64,000 nt of DNA from an uncultured Chloroflexia bacterium (GTDB taxonomy: Bacteria; Chloroflexota; Dehalococcoidia; SZUA-161): positions 36,979 to 100,978 of the forward strand of contig CAWKAJ010000003.1 in NCBI GenBank assembly GCA_963847595.1. Direction: 5' to 3'. Both the position numbers and the translations under genes were made by a program. Numbering within the stretch: position 1 is the stretch's first letter; every line of letters begins with the position of its first letter. This document shows, piece by piece, positions 5,774 to 15,113 of the stretch. Under the pieces are notes generated by a model, which made no database searches, was not told where the DNA came from, and saw only the letters and a program-made list of their open reading frames with translations.

Positions 5774-8332
5774 TTAAAAATGTGACCCGGGCTGAATAAA
5801 TGGCAGCACTATAGCCACTAACAGAATAATGGCGATGTTGATTACCAGTAATTTATTGGGCTTACTCCGGAAGAAAGGTATGGTTCGGGTTCTGATGACA
5901 AAGATGACCAAGGTTTGAGTGAACAGGGATTCCACGAACCAAGCAGTTTGAAACAAGGAGGCATCAGCCTTAAAGACGTAGAGCAGCACAAAGAAAGTGG
6001 CAAAGTCAAAAATGGAACTAATTGGTCCAAAGGCAAGCATATAATTCCGGATAAAGGAAATCTGCAATCGCTGCGGATGCTGCACATAAGTCCGGTCCAC
6101 ATCATCGGCCGGAAGAGCCAACTGGGCAAAGGAATAAAGAAGATTATTCAGGAGTATCTGGATAGGCAACATGGGGAGGAAAGACAGAAATAACGAGGCC
6201 CCGGCCGCACTAAACATATTGCCAAAATTAGAGCTTATTGCCATCTGAATGTATTTCATGGTGTTGCCGAAGGTTTTGCGGCCTTCAACCACACCCTCAG
6301 CAATTACCTTCAAATCATTACGCAAAAGTATGATATCGGCCGATTCTTTGGCAATGTCTACAGCATTAGTAACTGAGATACTAACATCGGCTACTTTCAT
6401 AGAAGGGGTATCATTTATGCCATCTCCAATGTAGCCCACGACGTGTCCGTTGGCCCTCAAAGCATTCATGATTCGGTTCTTCTGGGCAGGTGTTACCCGG
6501 GTGAAAATGTCTGCCCCTTCCACAATCCGGGCCAGGGCATCATCATGGATATTTTCAATTTCGCTGCTTTGTACCATATTAATAGGTTCCACTTCGATGG
6601 TGCGTGTAAACGAGCCAGTTTCCTGGTCGTATTTCCGGCCGCGGCGATATTGATAGACCTGAAAGCCGAGTTGTTCACAAACCTTACCAGTCACAACTTC
6701 GTTGTCACCGGTTAGAATCTTGAGCTTGACACCAGCATGCCTTAATAATTCCAGGGATTCGCCGGCGGTTTCCTTAATCGGGTCCGTAAAAGCGATAAAT
6801 CCTAGAAAAATCAGGTTGTTTTCGTCAGCTACTACATAAGCTGGTTTGCCCTCTACCTTGCGATAGGCCACGCCCAGGGCCCGGAATCCCTGTGAACCTA
6901 AATCCCGATATTCATGTTCAATTTTCTTTCTGGCATCACTTGTTAATTCATAGATATTTCCATCAACCTCATAATTCGAAATGATTTTAACTACTTCTTC
7001 CGGAGCCCCCTTGGTAATGAGAAGGTTTTCCTGATTCTCTTTAACCACGATAGAAAGCCGCTTGCGAATGAAATCAAAGGGTATTTCATCAATTCTTTGA
7101 TACTGGTCGGTATTAACATCCTCGTGCTTGAGGACAGCCTCATCAAGCGGACTGCGCAACCCGGTCTGATAACGGCTATTTAGAAGGGAGTACAAAAATA
7201 CTTTCCCCGATTCTTTGCCTTCCATGTCCACATGCCGGATCACAGCTACCTTATTTTCCGTTAAGGTTCCAGTCTTGTCGGAGCATAAAACATCCATGCT
7301 GCCAAAGTTTTGGATGGCGGCTAACCGCTTGACGATGACCCCCTTCTTGGACATGTCGGTAGCACCCCGGGAGAGATTGATGGAAAGAATTACTGGTAAC
7401 AGCCCAGGCGTTAGGCCAACAGCCAGAGCCACTGAAAAAAGCAATGAATCAATGATGCTGTGCTTATACAGGGCGTTGATAGCAAAGACCGCAATAACAA
7501 GGATAAAGGTTACCTGCATAATGAGATAACCAAATCTTTTCAGTCCCCCTTCAAACTCAGTCTCCGGCTTTCTCTCTGCGCTCTTCCGGGCGATTTCCCC
7601 GTATTCTGTGGAACTGCCAGTCTTAACAACCACTGCCACAGCCGTACCGGCTGTGACTGAAGTACCCATAAACAGATAGTTATTCCATTTGCTTGAATCT
7701 GTGGCCCCTGTGCTGTAAACTGAGTCAGTAGTCTTTTCTACTGGGAACGATTCTCCGGTTAAAGCGGACTGGTCGACAAAGAAGTCCTTAGCGTTGATAA
7801 TCCTGGCATCCGCCGGGACAATATCTCCGGCTGACAGTTGGATGATATCTCCAGGGACCAGTTCCGAGATTTCGATATCTTGTTTAGTACCATCTCTAAG
7901 AGTGGTGGCGGTAGTGGCTACTCTTTTTCGCAGGGCCTCAGCGGCTCTTCCCGCCCGGTATTCCTGGGTAAAGTCGAGGATGACGCTTACCAGGACGATG
8001 ATAATGATAATACCAGCATCCAGTGGTTCGCCCAGAAAACCGGATACGATAGCCGCTATGATGAGGATGATAGTGACCGGGCTTCGGAAATGAAACAGAA
8101 ATTCGAGGGGGGCGGACCGTTTTCTTGTGCGGGCTATCTCATTGGTTCCATAAATCTCGAGGCGCCTGGCCGCCTCTTCAGAAGTAAGTCCCGTTGACAA
8201 AGTACTCAGTCGGCTCAGAAGTTCATCTGAGGGCAGGGATAAAATCTCTTCGGTGCTCATGAGATTCGTGTCAATAGGTAGCTTTTTGGTATCTTTTTTA
8301 CTTAGCATTAGCGCAAGCTTCTTTGAAGTCAA
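5774..8332 (-). CDS. mgtA: magnesium-translocating P-type ATPase; frameshift near the 3' end (natural end at 5647)
   Basis: TGES, DKTGTLT, GDGIND, SSNFGNMFS and FQTAWFVES motifs. The last TM helix continues in another frame to TAG at 5647-5649. The true start may be 8308 or 8260. Confidence 0.93.
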   Translation of the reverse strand: MTSKKLALMLSKKDTKKLPIDTNLMSTEEILSLPSDELLSRLSTLSTGLTSEEAARRLEIYGTNEIARTRKRSAPLEFLFHFRSPVTIILIIAAIVSGFLGEPLDAGIIIIIVLVSVILDFTQEYRAGRAAEALRKRVATTATTLRDGTKQDIEISELVPGDIIQLSAGDIVPADARIINAKDFFVDQSALTGESFPVEKTTDSVYSTGATDSSKWNNYLFMGTSVTAGTAVAVVVKTGSSTEYGEIARKSAERKPETEFEGGLKRFGYLIMQVTFILVIAVFAINALYKHSIIDSLLFSVALAVGLTPGLLPVILSINLSRGATDMSKKGVIVKRLAAIQNFGSMDVLCSDKTGTLTENKVAVIRHVDMEGKESGKVFLYSLLNSRYQTGLRSPLDEAVLKHEDVNTDQYQRIDEIPFDFIRKRLSIVVKENQENLLITKGAPEEVVKIISNYEVDGNIYELTSDARKKIEHEYRDLGSQGFRALGVAYRKVEGKPAYVVADENNLIFLGFIAFTDPIKETAGESLELLRHAGVKLKILTGDNEVVTGKVCEQLGFQVYQYRRGRKYDQETGSFTRTIEVEPINMVQSSEIENIHDDALARIVEGADIFTRVTPAQKNRIMNALRANGHVVGYIGDGINDTPSMKVADVSISVTNAVDIAKESADIILLRNDLKVIAEGVVEGRKTFGNTMKYIQMAISSNFGNMFSAAGASLFLSFLPMLPIQILLNNLLYSFAQLALPADDVDRTYVQHPQRLQISFIRNYMLAFGPISSIFDFATFFVLLYVFKADASLFQTAWFVESLFTQTLVIFVIRTRTIPFFRSKPNKLLVINIAIILLVAIVLPFIQPGSHF

Positions 8333-8340
8333 AAATCGTC

Positions 8341-8409
8341 TCAGATATTCCTAGCTTTTTCGAGATAACGTGGCTGCATCCCATAGCTTTGAAATTCATT
8401 TTTCGCCAT
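8341..8409 (-). CDS. putative 22-aa leader peptide upstream of mgtA (MAKNEFQSYGMQPRYLEKARNI)
   Basis: SD AGGGAG upstream of ATG. The stop lies 8 nt before the mgtA ORF. Confidence 0.35.
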   Translation of the reverse strand: MAKNEFQSYGMQPRYLEKARNI

Positions 8410-8422
8410 ATCGTACTCCCTG

Positions 8423-8439
8423 ATTGACTGATAGTCAAT
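8423..8439. promoter_or_regulatory. palindromic operator-like site ATTGACT-GAT-AGTCAAT
   Basis: Perfect 7-bp inverted repeat between the divergent mgtA and 8505..9020 genes. Confidence 0.45.
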
Positions 8440-8504
8440 AGTGTCTTGTGATGAAATGGGCGTCAGGGTAGAATTACAGCGGCACTAAGATCAGAGGTAT
8501 TGAG

Positions 8505-9020
8505 ATGAAGAGAGTTGTATTGGAGAAACTTCCCCGGAAGACATTGATCGAGCTGGCAAAGATGTACTCTCGAAACTGGCAATCTCTGGATGGAAACTGG
8601 TTCGGCCTCGTGGAAGCCGAGTTCGGCCTGGAAACTGCCGTCAGATTGGATTTAAAAAGCTGGGAGAAACAGGCTGTCCTGGAAGCGCAGAGGATAGTGA
8701 AAGTGCTCGAGCTCGATAAAGGCGGGCTGCCCTCGGTTCTGACTGTACTGAGCTTCATGACCTGGCAGCTTGCCTCGCCCCTTTTCGAAATCGAGGAGGA
8801 GAGTCCTGAAAAGATCGTTTTCTACTACCCCCGCTGCGCTATCCATGAAAGCAGGAACAGGCAGAATAAACCCGTATTCCCCTGCAAAACTATGAAGTTG
8901 GGGCTGCTCTCCAACATCGCCCGGGTGGTGGAGCCGAGGGCGGCCGTGAGATGCCTTAATTGTCCTCCCGACCCGCATCAACAGGGATTCTGGTGCAAGT
9001 GGGAGCTCAGCCTTAAATAG
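8505..9020 (+). CDS. DUF6125-like protein
   Basis: DGNWF motif and conserved Cys pattern (C...FPC...CLNCPPD...WCKW). Confidence 0.75.
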   Translation: MKRVVLEKLPRKTLIELAKMYSRNWQSLDGNWFGLVEAEFGLETAVRLDLKSWEKQAVLEAQRIVKVLELDKGGLPSVLTVLSFMTWQLASPLFEIEEESPEKIVFYYPRCAIHESRNRQNKPVFPCKTMKLGLLSNIARVVEPRAAVRCLNCPPDPHQQGFWCKWELSLK

Positions 9021-9043
9021 TGCTACCAGGGATGAGAATACGA

Positions 9044-9141
9044 TGTCATTCTGAGGAGTCCGCCTCTGGCGGACGACCGAAGAATCTCTGATAATAGGTT
9101 ATGGGTCAGTACCGAGATTCTTCGCTTCGCTCAGAATGACA
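9044..9141. repeat. REP/MITE-like hairpin element (TGTCATTCTGAG...CTCAGAATGACA)
   Basis: 12-bp terminal inverted repeats. Near-identical copy at 14988-15083. Confidence 0.9.
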
Positions 9142-9203
9142 CGGGCAAAGGCTGTTGTTCTAGGAGAATGCCTCGCAGTCTCACTCTCGGATAATGGTGG
9201 CTT

Positions 9204-9947
9204 TCATTTGTGCTTGAGGTAGTCTGCCAAATCCTTTTCGTCCTTGGGAACAAAGGCCTTGTATTTGAGGGCGAATTTCTGTTTAAGTTCGTCTGTAGCC
9301 AGAAAAGCCACTGCCGGATGCCCCACAATCTCGAAGCAGCCCTCATCGTCCTCGCTGTCCCCGAGGTATGCTACTTTGCCTGCATCCAAATTCTTGTCCT
9401 TGAGCAGCTTCAGCAGAAACTGGGGCTTCTTCTTATAGATATCAAGCCCGAATCCGATGGCTTCTCCGCGGTTCGCCTTGAGTTTATCGGCCTCAATAAA
9501 ATCAAAACACTCGGCATAACCAGCAACTGCCAGGATCCTTTCGATGCCATACCCATATCCGGCGGAGAAGATGCCGGTGGTCTTGCCAGCCTGATGGCAC
9601 TCCCTGATTGGCCTCAGAACTCTGTGTTCGAGCTTGGCCTGGGTTTGCCGCTTGCGGGCATATTTCTCAATGGAACGCAGTATTACCGAGACTGGCACAC
9701 CTTCTATTATGCGCTCGTTGTAGACCCGGAATAGCGCCCTGATGAAGTCAGGTTCAGCATCGCCGCGCCCTCTTTTATATAGCTCCTCTAACTCCCTTCT
9801 CGCTCTGAAGATGCGGGCCATCCTGAAGGGGTGGAAGGGAAAGGAAGCCTTGAACACATCCCTTGCTGTGTTTTCCAGCACAGGCCTTTCATCCGGGTAC
9901 TCGATCAGCGTACCGTTCCAGTCGCATATTATGACATCAAGGGGCAT
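9204..9947 (-). CDS. HAD-superfamily hydrolase (phosphoserine-phosphatase-like)
   Basis: Motif I variant DWNGT, SAG, and motif IV GDSEDD. Start moved to MPLDVII. Confidence 0.8.
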   Translation of the reverse strand: MPLDVIICDWNGTLIEYPDERPVLENTARDVFKASFPFHPFRMARIFRARRELEELYKRGRGDAEPDFIRALFRVYNERIIEGVPVSVILRSIEKYARKRQTQAKLEHRVLRPIRECHQAGKTTGIFSAGYGYGIERILAVAGYAECFDFIEADKLKANRGEAIGFGLDIYKKKPQFLLKLLKDKNLDAGKVAYLGDSEDDEGCFEIVGHPAVAFLATDELKQKFALKYKAFVPKDEKDLADYLKHK

Positions 9948-10176
9948 GGCGAGCGCTCCAATGGCCACGATTGCACTTTGCCATAAACATCGGGATGTTT
10001 GATTTGTTTGTACTATGACCATGCCACCCGCAGAGAGTCATTGGGTATCCTACCAAACGCATTTCTCACCAATTCACGAACATAGGGATGTTTGCCCTTT
10101 CATGCGTATGTTTCAGTCTGATATCTGGATCAATATTCCGTTGTAGATGTAGCTACATTTGCGGCAGCTTGTGGGA

Positions 10177-10917
10177 TCACGTCCATTTCGTGAGAATCTC
10201 TTCCCTTCGGAAAGTCTTCGTGCTGATAAAGAAGAGAATCACATCAACCAAGAGGATAACGGCAGACATGATAAAAAGGTTGTTCGCGTTAAGAGATATT
10301 GAGCGTATTTCGCTCGCAACGTAAATTGCGGCAAACGGAAGTATCATGAGTCCCCCCAAAAGCTGGGCGGAACGCACGTCGCTTGCTCTGGCCGATATGA
10401 TAACACTAGCCTGGACAGAAAGAATGGCCGACAGTGGCGCAACCAGTAGGAGTATTATCCCCATGGTCCAATTCGGGAAATAAGAATAGCCCAACGTCTG
10501 GTGAGTAAACTGATTTATAAGCGCCATAAAAACTCCGGCGCCAATATAGATTGCCACAATGGACGGCAAGAAGGCTGCAATGCTTTTGCCCAAAAGAAGC
10601 TCGCCATCCGTTATGGGCGTTGCCAAAAGCGGCTCAAGGCTCTTCTCGACCTTTTCGCCTACCAAGCTGTAAGAGGCTATGGCCGTGGGCAGGTATGCTG
10701 CCACGATGATAAAGAAGAATGAGAATGCGTTCAATGTTGACGGCAAGACAGAAGGCGAAAGGAGGCCCGCATGTTTGTGCCCGGCAAAATGAACCACCAG
10801 CGGCAGACCAATGGAAACAATAAGTGGGAAGATGATGACTGAACGCAGGACGCTCTTGTTCCTCCAGAATATTCGGAGGTCTTTGACGGCAATGATCCAC
10901 GCTTTTGAAAGCCTCAT
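10177..10917 (-). CDS. ABC-2 type transporter permease
   Basis: Six TM segments. GEKVEKSLEPLLATP and GK motifs. Confidence 0.9.
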   Translation of the reverse strand: MRLSKAWIIAVKDLRIFWRNKSVLRSVIIFPLIVSIGLPLVVHFAGHKHAGLLSPSVLPSTLNAFSFFFIIVAAYLPTAIASYSLVGEKVEKSLEPLLATPITDGELLLGKSIAAFLPSIVAIYIGAGVFMALINQFTHQTLGYSYFPNWTMGIILLLVAPLSAILSVQASVIISARASDVRSAQLLGGLMILPFAAIYVASEIRSISLNANNLFIMSAVILLVDVILFFISTKTFRREEILTKWT

Positions 10918-10922
10918 ATTAT

Positions 10923-11834
10923 CTACTTCACCGTTTTCAGGTAAACATCCTCTAAAGTCGGGTTGAGTTCAGTAACCGACTGTATGCGACCACCGGCAGC
11001 GACGATGGCTTCAATAATAGTAGGAATAGCCGTGTCGATATTCCCCACATCTATGATCAATTTGTTGCCTTTAATCTCGACCTTATGTGTTGTCACCTTC
11101 TTGACTGCGCTGACAATAGCATCGTCAACCTGGGCAAGCTGGATTTCAGTCTTGACTCCCCCGAGAGATTCCTTCAGCTGTTGCGGAGTGCCTATGGTCA
11201 GCAATCTGGTCTTCAATATCCCGATTCGGTCACATATCCTTTGCGCTTCATCAAGGTTGTGGGTATTGAGAAAAATAGTCCTGTCTTCCTTCTTAAGCTC
11301 GAGAATAAAATCTCTGACTGCTTTAGATGCTTCCGGATCCAGGTTGGCCGTAGGTTCGTCCATGAACAAAACTTTGGGCTCGTGAATAAGGGAGCGCGCG
11401 ATCGCCAGTTTTTGTTTCATTCCTTTGGACAGTGTTCCGGCGGCGACATCTTTTTTCTCCCACAGTCCCAGCATCTTCAGGAAATGCTCGATATTTTCCT
11501 TCCTTAACTTTTCAGGGCATTCATACAGCTTGCCATAGAAGTCGAGGTTCTCGTAGGCGCTTAGTCTGTCATAGAGGCCCACATTATCGGGAACCAACCC
11601 GATCATCCTCCTGATCTTCAAGGAATCGGCGGCGTTACCAACATCATAATCTGCTATCCTGGCTTGTCCACCAGTCTTTGATATGAGGCAGCAAAGGATT
11701 CTAACGGTGGTGGTCTTTCCCGCACCGTTAGGCCCGAGGAAACCGAAAACCTCTCCTTCATCGATATGGAAGGTTAGTCCCTCTACCGCGGTGACCTCAC
11801 CAAACCTCTTAGTAAGATTCTGAGCGTCGATCAA
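10923..11834 (-). CDS. ABC transporter ATP-binding protein
   Basis: Walker A GPNGAGKT, signature LSKGM, Walker B FMDEP, H-loop. Confidence 0.95.
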   Translation of the reverse strand: MIDAQNLTKRFGEVTAVEGLTFHIDEGEVFGFLGPNGAGKTTTVRILCCLISKTGGQARIADYDVGNAADSLKIRRMIGLVPDNVGLYDRLSAYENLDFYGKLYECPEKLRKENIEHFLKMLGLWEKKDVAAGTLSKGMKQKLAIARSLIHEPKVLFMDEPTANLDPEASKAVRDFILELKKEDRTIFLNTHNLDEAQRICDRIGILKTRLLTIGTPQQLKESLGGVKTEIQLAQVDDAIVSAVKKVTTHKVEIKGNKLIIDVGNIDTAIPTIIEAIVAAGGRIQSVTELNPTLEDVYLKTVK

Positions 11835-11976
11835 AGTGCATCAACTCATCCCGTATATTCCGGCGAAAAGAGAAAGGACAAACCCAAATATATTGTAGCA
11901 TAATTTGAAACGCCAGTTATTGTTACCTTATTTGGGATGAATATTATACCATTTCCGCTCGTAGTGCGTGCCATCG

Positions 11977-12009
11977 GTAGGGGCGACCCGCCTTTGGCGG
12001 GTCGCCCCT
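11977..12009. repeat. GTAG-type REP palindrome
   Basis: GTAGGGGCGACCCGCC-TTT-GGCGGGTCGCCCCT. Relatives at 22127, 33822, 58807 and 61585. Confidence 0.8.
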
Positions 12010-12270
12010 TTGTACTTTTTAACCTCTGGCCTAATGCTGGAGGCCGATGGCTGAAGCCTCAACAAGAATTGTGGTAGGAAAAGTGAGGAAAGAGTACTTA
12101 CAGTTAGCTGATTAGACTCAGCACAGCCGTTGTGTGGAGCCTGCTTTCCCGGATTGCCGTACTATTTTCGCATAAGGTTCTGAACGAAATTACTATTTAT
12201 ACCAGTTGGCAGTCATGCTAACGTGGAATTGGGGCAGTGCGCTAACAATTCTCTGCATGAGGTAGACCGA

Positions 12271-13431
12271 ATGGAAGAGCCCAGAGGAACGATACTAATA
12301 GTAGACGACGAAGAGCCCAGCAGGGCTACCCTTTCCCGCAAATTACAGGCGGATGGCTATACTTGTGCCGCAGCTAGCGATGGCGAGGGGGCTCTATGGA
12401 GGACGTCTGTACAGGAATTTGACCTGGTGCTTCTGGATTTGGATATGCCTGGTCTGTCGGGGATGGAGATATTGCCTCGCCTGGTTGATGCACATCCTGA
12501 TACCTGTGTTCTTATGATGACTAACATGGAGAACATGCCGTCTGCTGTGGAAGCAATGAAGGAGGGGGCTTATGATTACGTGTTTAAGCCCCTGAATATG
12601 GATGACCTGGTCATGAGGATAGAGAAGGCACTTGAGAGAAGGAAATTGGCGCTGGAAAACAGAGAGTATCAGCTTCATATGGAGCAGAAGGTTGAGCTTC
12701 AGGTGTCTCAGATACGAAAGTATCTATATGAAGCTGTTGAGGCGCTGGGACTCGAGCAGATGTCGCTGGATACTCCCGACGCTGTGCGTCAGGCGCAGCG
12801 GTATGCCAAAAGGATGTTTCAGATAAGCGGCACCGTGGATGAGGCGGACATGCAGCGGACTTATTTGCAGATGGCACGGACGCTGGCTTCGATAGCTGAG
12901 GCGCGTGAGCCGTATGCCGTGGGACATGCAGATAGAGTGGGTTTGCTGGCCAGCGAGATCGCTATTCAACTGGGCTGCTCCGATGAAATGAAAAGGCAGA
13001 TAAAGTTTGCCGCCATACTCCAGGATATCGGCAAAATCGTGATACCGGACAGTATTCTCTCTAAACAAGGCAATTTGACACCGGCCGAATACAGGGAGAT
13101 AAACAGGCACCCCACAGCGTCAGTGGAGATAATCCAGCACGTTGAGTATTTCAAAGACATACTTCCCCTGGTGGAGAGCCACCACGAATGGTACGACGGA
13201 AGCGGCGGCTATCCCAAGAAGTTGAAGGGGGAGCAGATACCTCTGGGCGCACGCATCCTGGCTGTGGCCGACGCCTACGATGCCTTGACCTGTCAGCGTC
13301 CTCACCGCCCCTCCCTCACCACTGACCAGGCAGCCCAGGTTCTCAAAAGGGGAGCAGGGAAGCAGTGGGACCCTATGATTGTAGATGCTTTCCTGAAGAA
13401 ACTCGGCGTGGCAGCCAAAAACGCTGCATAG
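12271..13431 (+). CDS. response regulator with HD-GYP domain (HD replaced by QD)
   Basis: REC domain (VDD, D-x-x-MP, KP), then ILQDIGK, HHEW, GGYP, RILAVAD. Start placed after GAGG. Confidence 0.9.
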   Translation: MEEPRGTILIVDDEEPSRATLSRKLQADGYTCAAASDGEGALWRTSVQEFDLVLLDLDMPGLSGMEILPRLVDAHPDTCVLMMTNMENMPSAVEAMKEGAYDYVFKPLNMDDLVMRIEKALERRKLALENREYQLHMEQKVELQVSQIRKYLYEAVEALGLEQMSLDTPDAVRQAQRYAKRMFQISGTVDEADMQRTYLQMARTLASIAEAREPYAVGHADRVGLLASEIAIQLGCSDEMKRQIKFAAILQDIGKIVIPDSILSKQGNLTPAEYREINRHPTASVEIIQHVEYFKDILPLVESHHEWYDGSGGYPKKLKGEQIPLGARILAVADAYDALTCQRPHRPSLTTDQAAQVLKRGAGKQWDPMIVDAFLKKLGVAAKNAA

Positions 13432-13605
13432 TCTACTGCCAGAGCTCCAGCGAAGTCCCACTTCTGTCTAATCTAACTTGCTGAACGACTCCGTACTAAC
13501 CTCATTTCGAAGTCCCTCGCTGCATAAGTGGCAAACTATTATCACTCGTAACCAGTGTGCTATACTTATATTCACAACGTAGAACGTAGGGCAATCGGCG
13601 CTGGA

Positions 13606-13657
13606 TAGGGGCAATTCATGAATTGCCCCTACGAGGTGCAGTCCGCCATAGGCGGAT
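13606..13657. repeat. GTAG-type REP (TAGGGGCAATTCATGAATTGCCCCTAC) plus CCGCC-GGCGG hairpin
   Basis: The same composite recurs at 25606-25659. Confidence 0.85.
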
Positions 13658-13688
13658 GGTGATTTAGAAGGTTGAAGACAGTTCTCCA

Positions 13689-14819
13689 ATGAATTTTAAG
13701 TCTGATATTACCATCATCGGGGCCGGTGTGATCGGTCTTGCCATTGCTGCGCAGGTGGCTGGCCACAACAAGGCAGTCTATGTCCTGGAGAAGAACGAAA
13801 GGTTCGGCCAGGAGATAAGCAGCAGGCAAAGTGGCGTCATCCACTCCGGCATTTATTACCCTTATGGTTCTCTGAAGGCGAAGCTGTGCGTCGAGGGCAA
13901 CCGCCTGCTTTATGAGCTTTGCCGGAAACACGGTATAGGCCACAGAAGGCTGGGTAAGCTCATAGTAGCAGCCAGCGATGAAGAAACCGCGCAGTTGCAG
14001 GAGCTGAAGGAAAGGGGGCAAAGAAACGGCGCAGAGGGCCTGCAGATACTATCAAGGCGTGAGTTGAAGAAGCTGGAGCCTAATGTGGAAGGCGTGGCCG
14101 CGCTCCTCTCGCCATCGACCGGTATTATTGATGCGCACGCCTTAATGGAATACTTCGCTGCCAGGGCGAAGGAAGGCAGGGCTGGGATAACCTATCGCAA
14201 AAATGTGGTGGGCATAGAGAAGCTATCCGACGGCTATAAAGTAACGGTGGCAGAAAGCGACAAGGACAAATTCTCCTTCGCCACGCGCATCCTGATAAAC
14301 TGCGCTGGACTTCAGTGCGATAGGATTGCTGAGCTTGCCGGAATAGATATAAATAAAGCCAACTACAGATTACATTACTGCAAAGGCGAGTACTTCAGCG
14401 TAGGCGGCGGCAAGAACAAGCTGGTGAATCGGTTGATATATCCTGTGCCGGAGATCAAATTCACCGGCCTTGGTGTCCATGTTACCCTGGACCTGGAAGG
14501 AAGGATGCGGCTGGGCCCCAAAGCAGAGTATGTCTCCGGCATAGATTACACCGTGGATACTGGACATAAAGATTCCTTTTATAATTCGGCGAAGAGGATG
14601 ATGCCCTTTATTGAGTACGAAGACCTGGAGCCTGAAATGGCCGGTATCAGGCCTAAGCTGCAAGGGCCGGGAGAGGACTTCAAAGATTTCGTCATCAGGG
14701 ATGAAACCGACAAAGCCCTGCCCGGATTCATCGATCTCATCGGTATCGAGTCCCCCGGTTTGACTTCATCACCTGCGATAGGCCTTTATGTTGCGGGCAT
14801 AGTTAAGTCTCTTTTGTGA
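13689..14819 (+). CDS. FAD-dependent oxidoreductase, L-2-hydroxyglutarate oxidase (LhgO)-like
   Basis: GAGVIG, SGVIHSGIYY, LGVH, GIRPK and GIESPGLT motifs. Confidence 0.88.
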   Translation: MNFKSDITIIGAGVIGLAIAAQVAGHNKAVYVLEKNERFGQEISSRQSGVIHSGIYYPYGSLKAKLCVEGNRLLYELCRKHGIGHRRLGKLIVAASDEETAQLQELKERGQRNGAEGLQILSRRELKKLEPNVEGVAALLSPSTGIIDAHALMEYFAARAKEGRAGITYRKNVVGIEKLSDGYKVTVAESDKDKFSFATRILINCAGLQCDRIAELAGIDINKANYRLHYCKGEYFSVGGGKNKLVNRLIYPVPEIKFTGLGVHVTLDLEGRMRLGPKAEYVSGIDYTVDTGHKDSFYNSAKRMMPFIEYEDLEPEMAGIRPKLQGPGEDFKDFVIRDETDKALPGFIDLIGIESPGLTSSPAIGLYVAGIVKSLL

Positions 14820-14917
14820 AATACTGTATATAGATTTCAACTGGAGAGTGCAGAGGGGCAAAGCCCCTCGAGTATTAAATCCCCCCTTTCTAAAGGGGGT
14901 TAGGGGGATTACACAGC

Positions 14918-14976
14918 TCGTTCGCCCTGAGCTTGTCGAAGGGCCGTTCATGGTTCGACAGGCTCACCACGAACGG
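14918..14976. repeat. REP-like element (CGTTCGCCCTGAGC...CACCACGAACG)
   Basis: Second copy at 19809-19867 and a fragment at ~37473-37495. Confidence 0.85.
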
Positions 14977-14987
14977 CGAAAATAGAG

Positions 14988-15083
14988 TGTCATTCTGAGG
15001 AGTCCGCCTCGGCGGACGACCGAAGAATCTCAGATAATAGCTTATAGTGAGTACTGAGATTCTTCGCTTCGCTCAGAATGACA
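14988..15083. repeat. REP/MITE-like hairpin element, copy 2
   Basis: Matches 9044-9141. Confidence 0.9.
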
Positions 15084-15113
15084 TAACATCCTAAGCATTC
15101 TATTTTCGGAGGA

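Noticed and set aside
8333-8500. M-box (ykoK) riboswitch upstream of mgtA or corA
   Set aside because: No recognisable conserved M-box sequence. An Infernal search would settle it.
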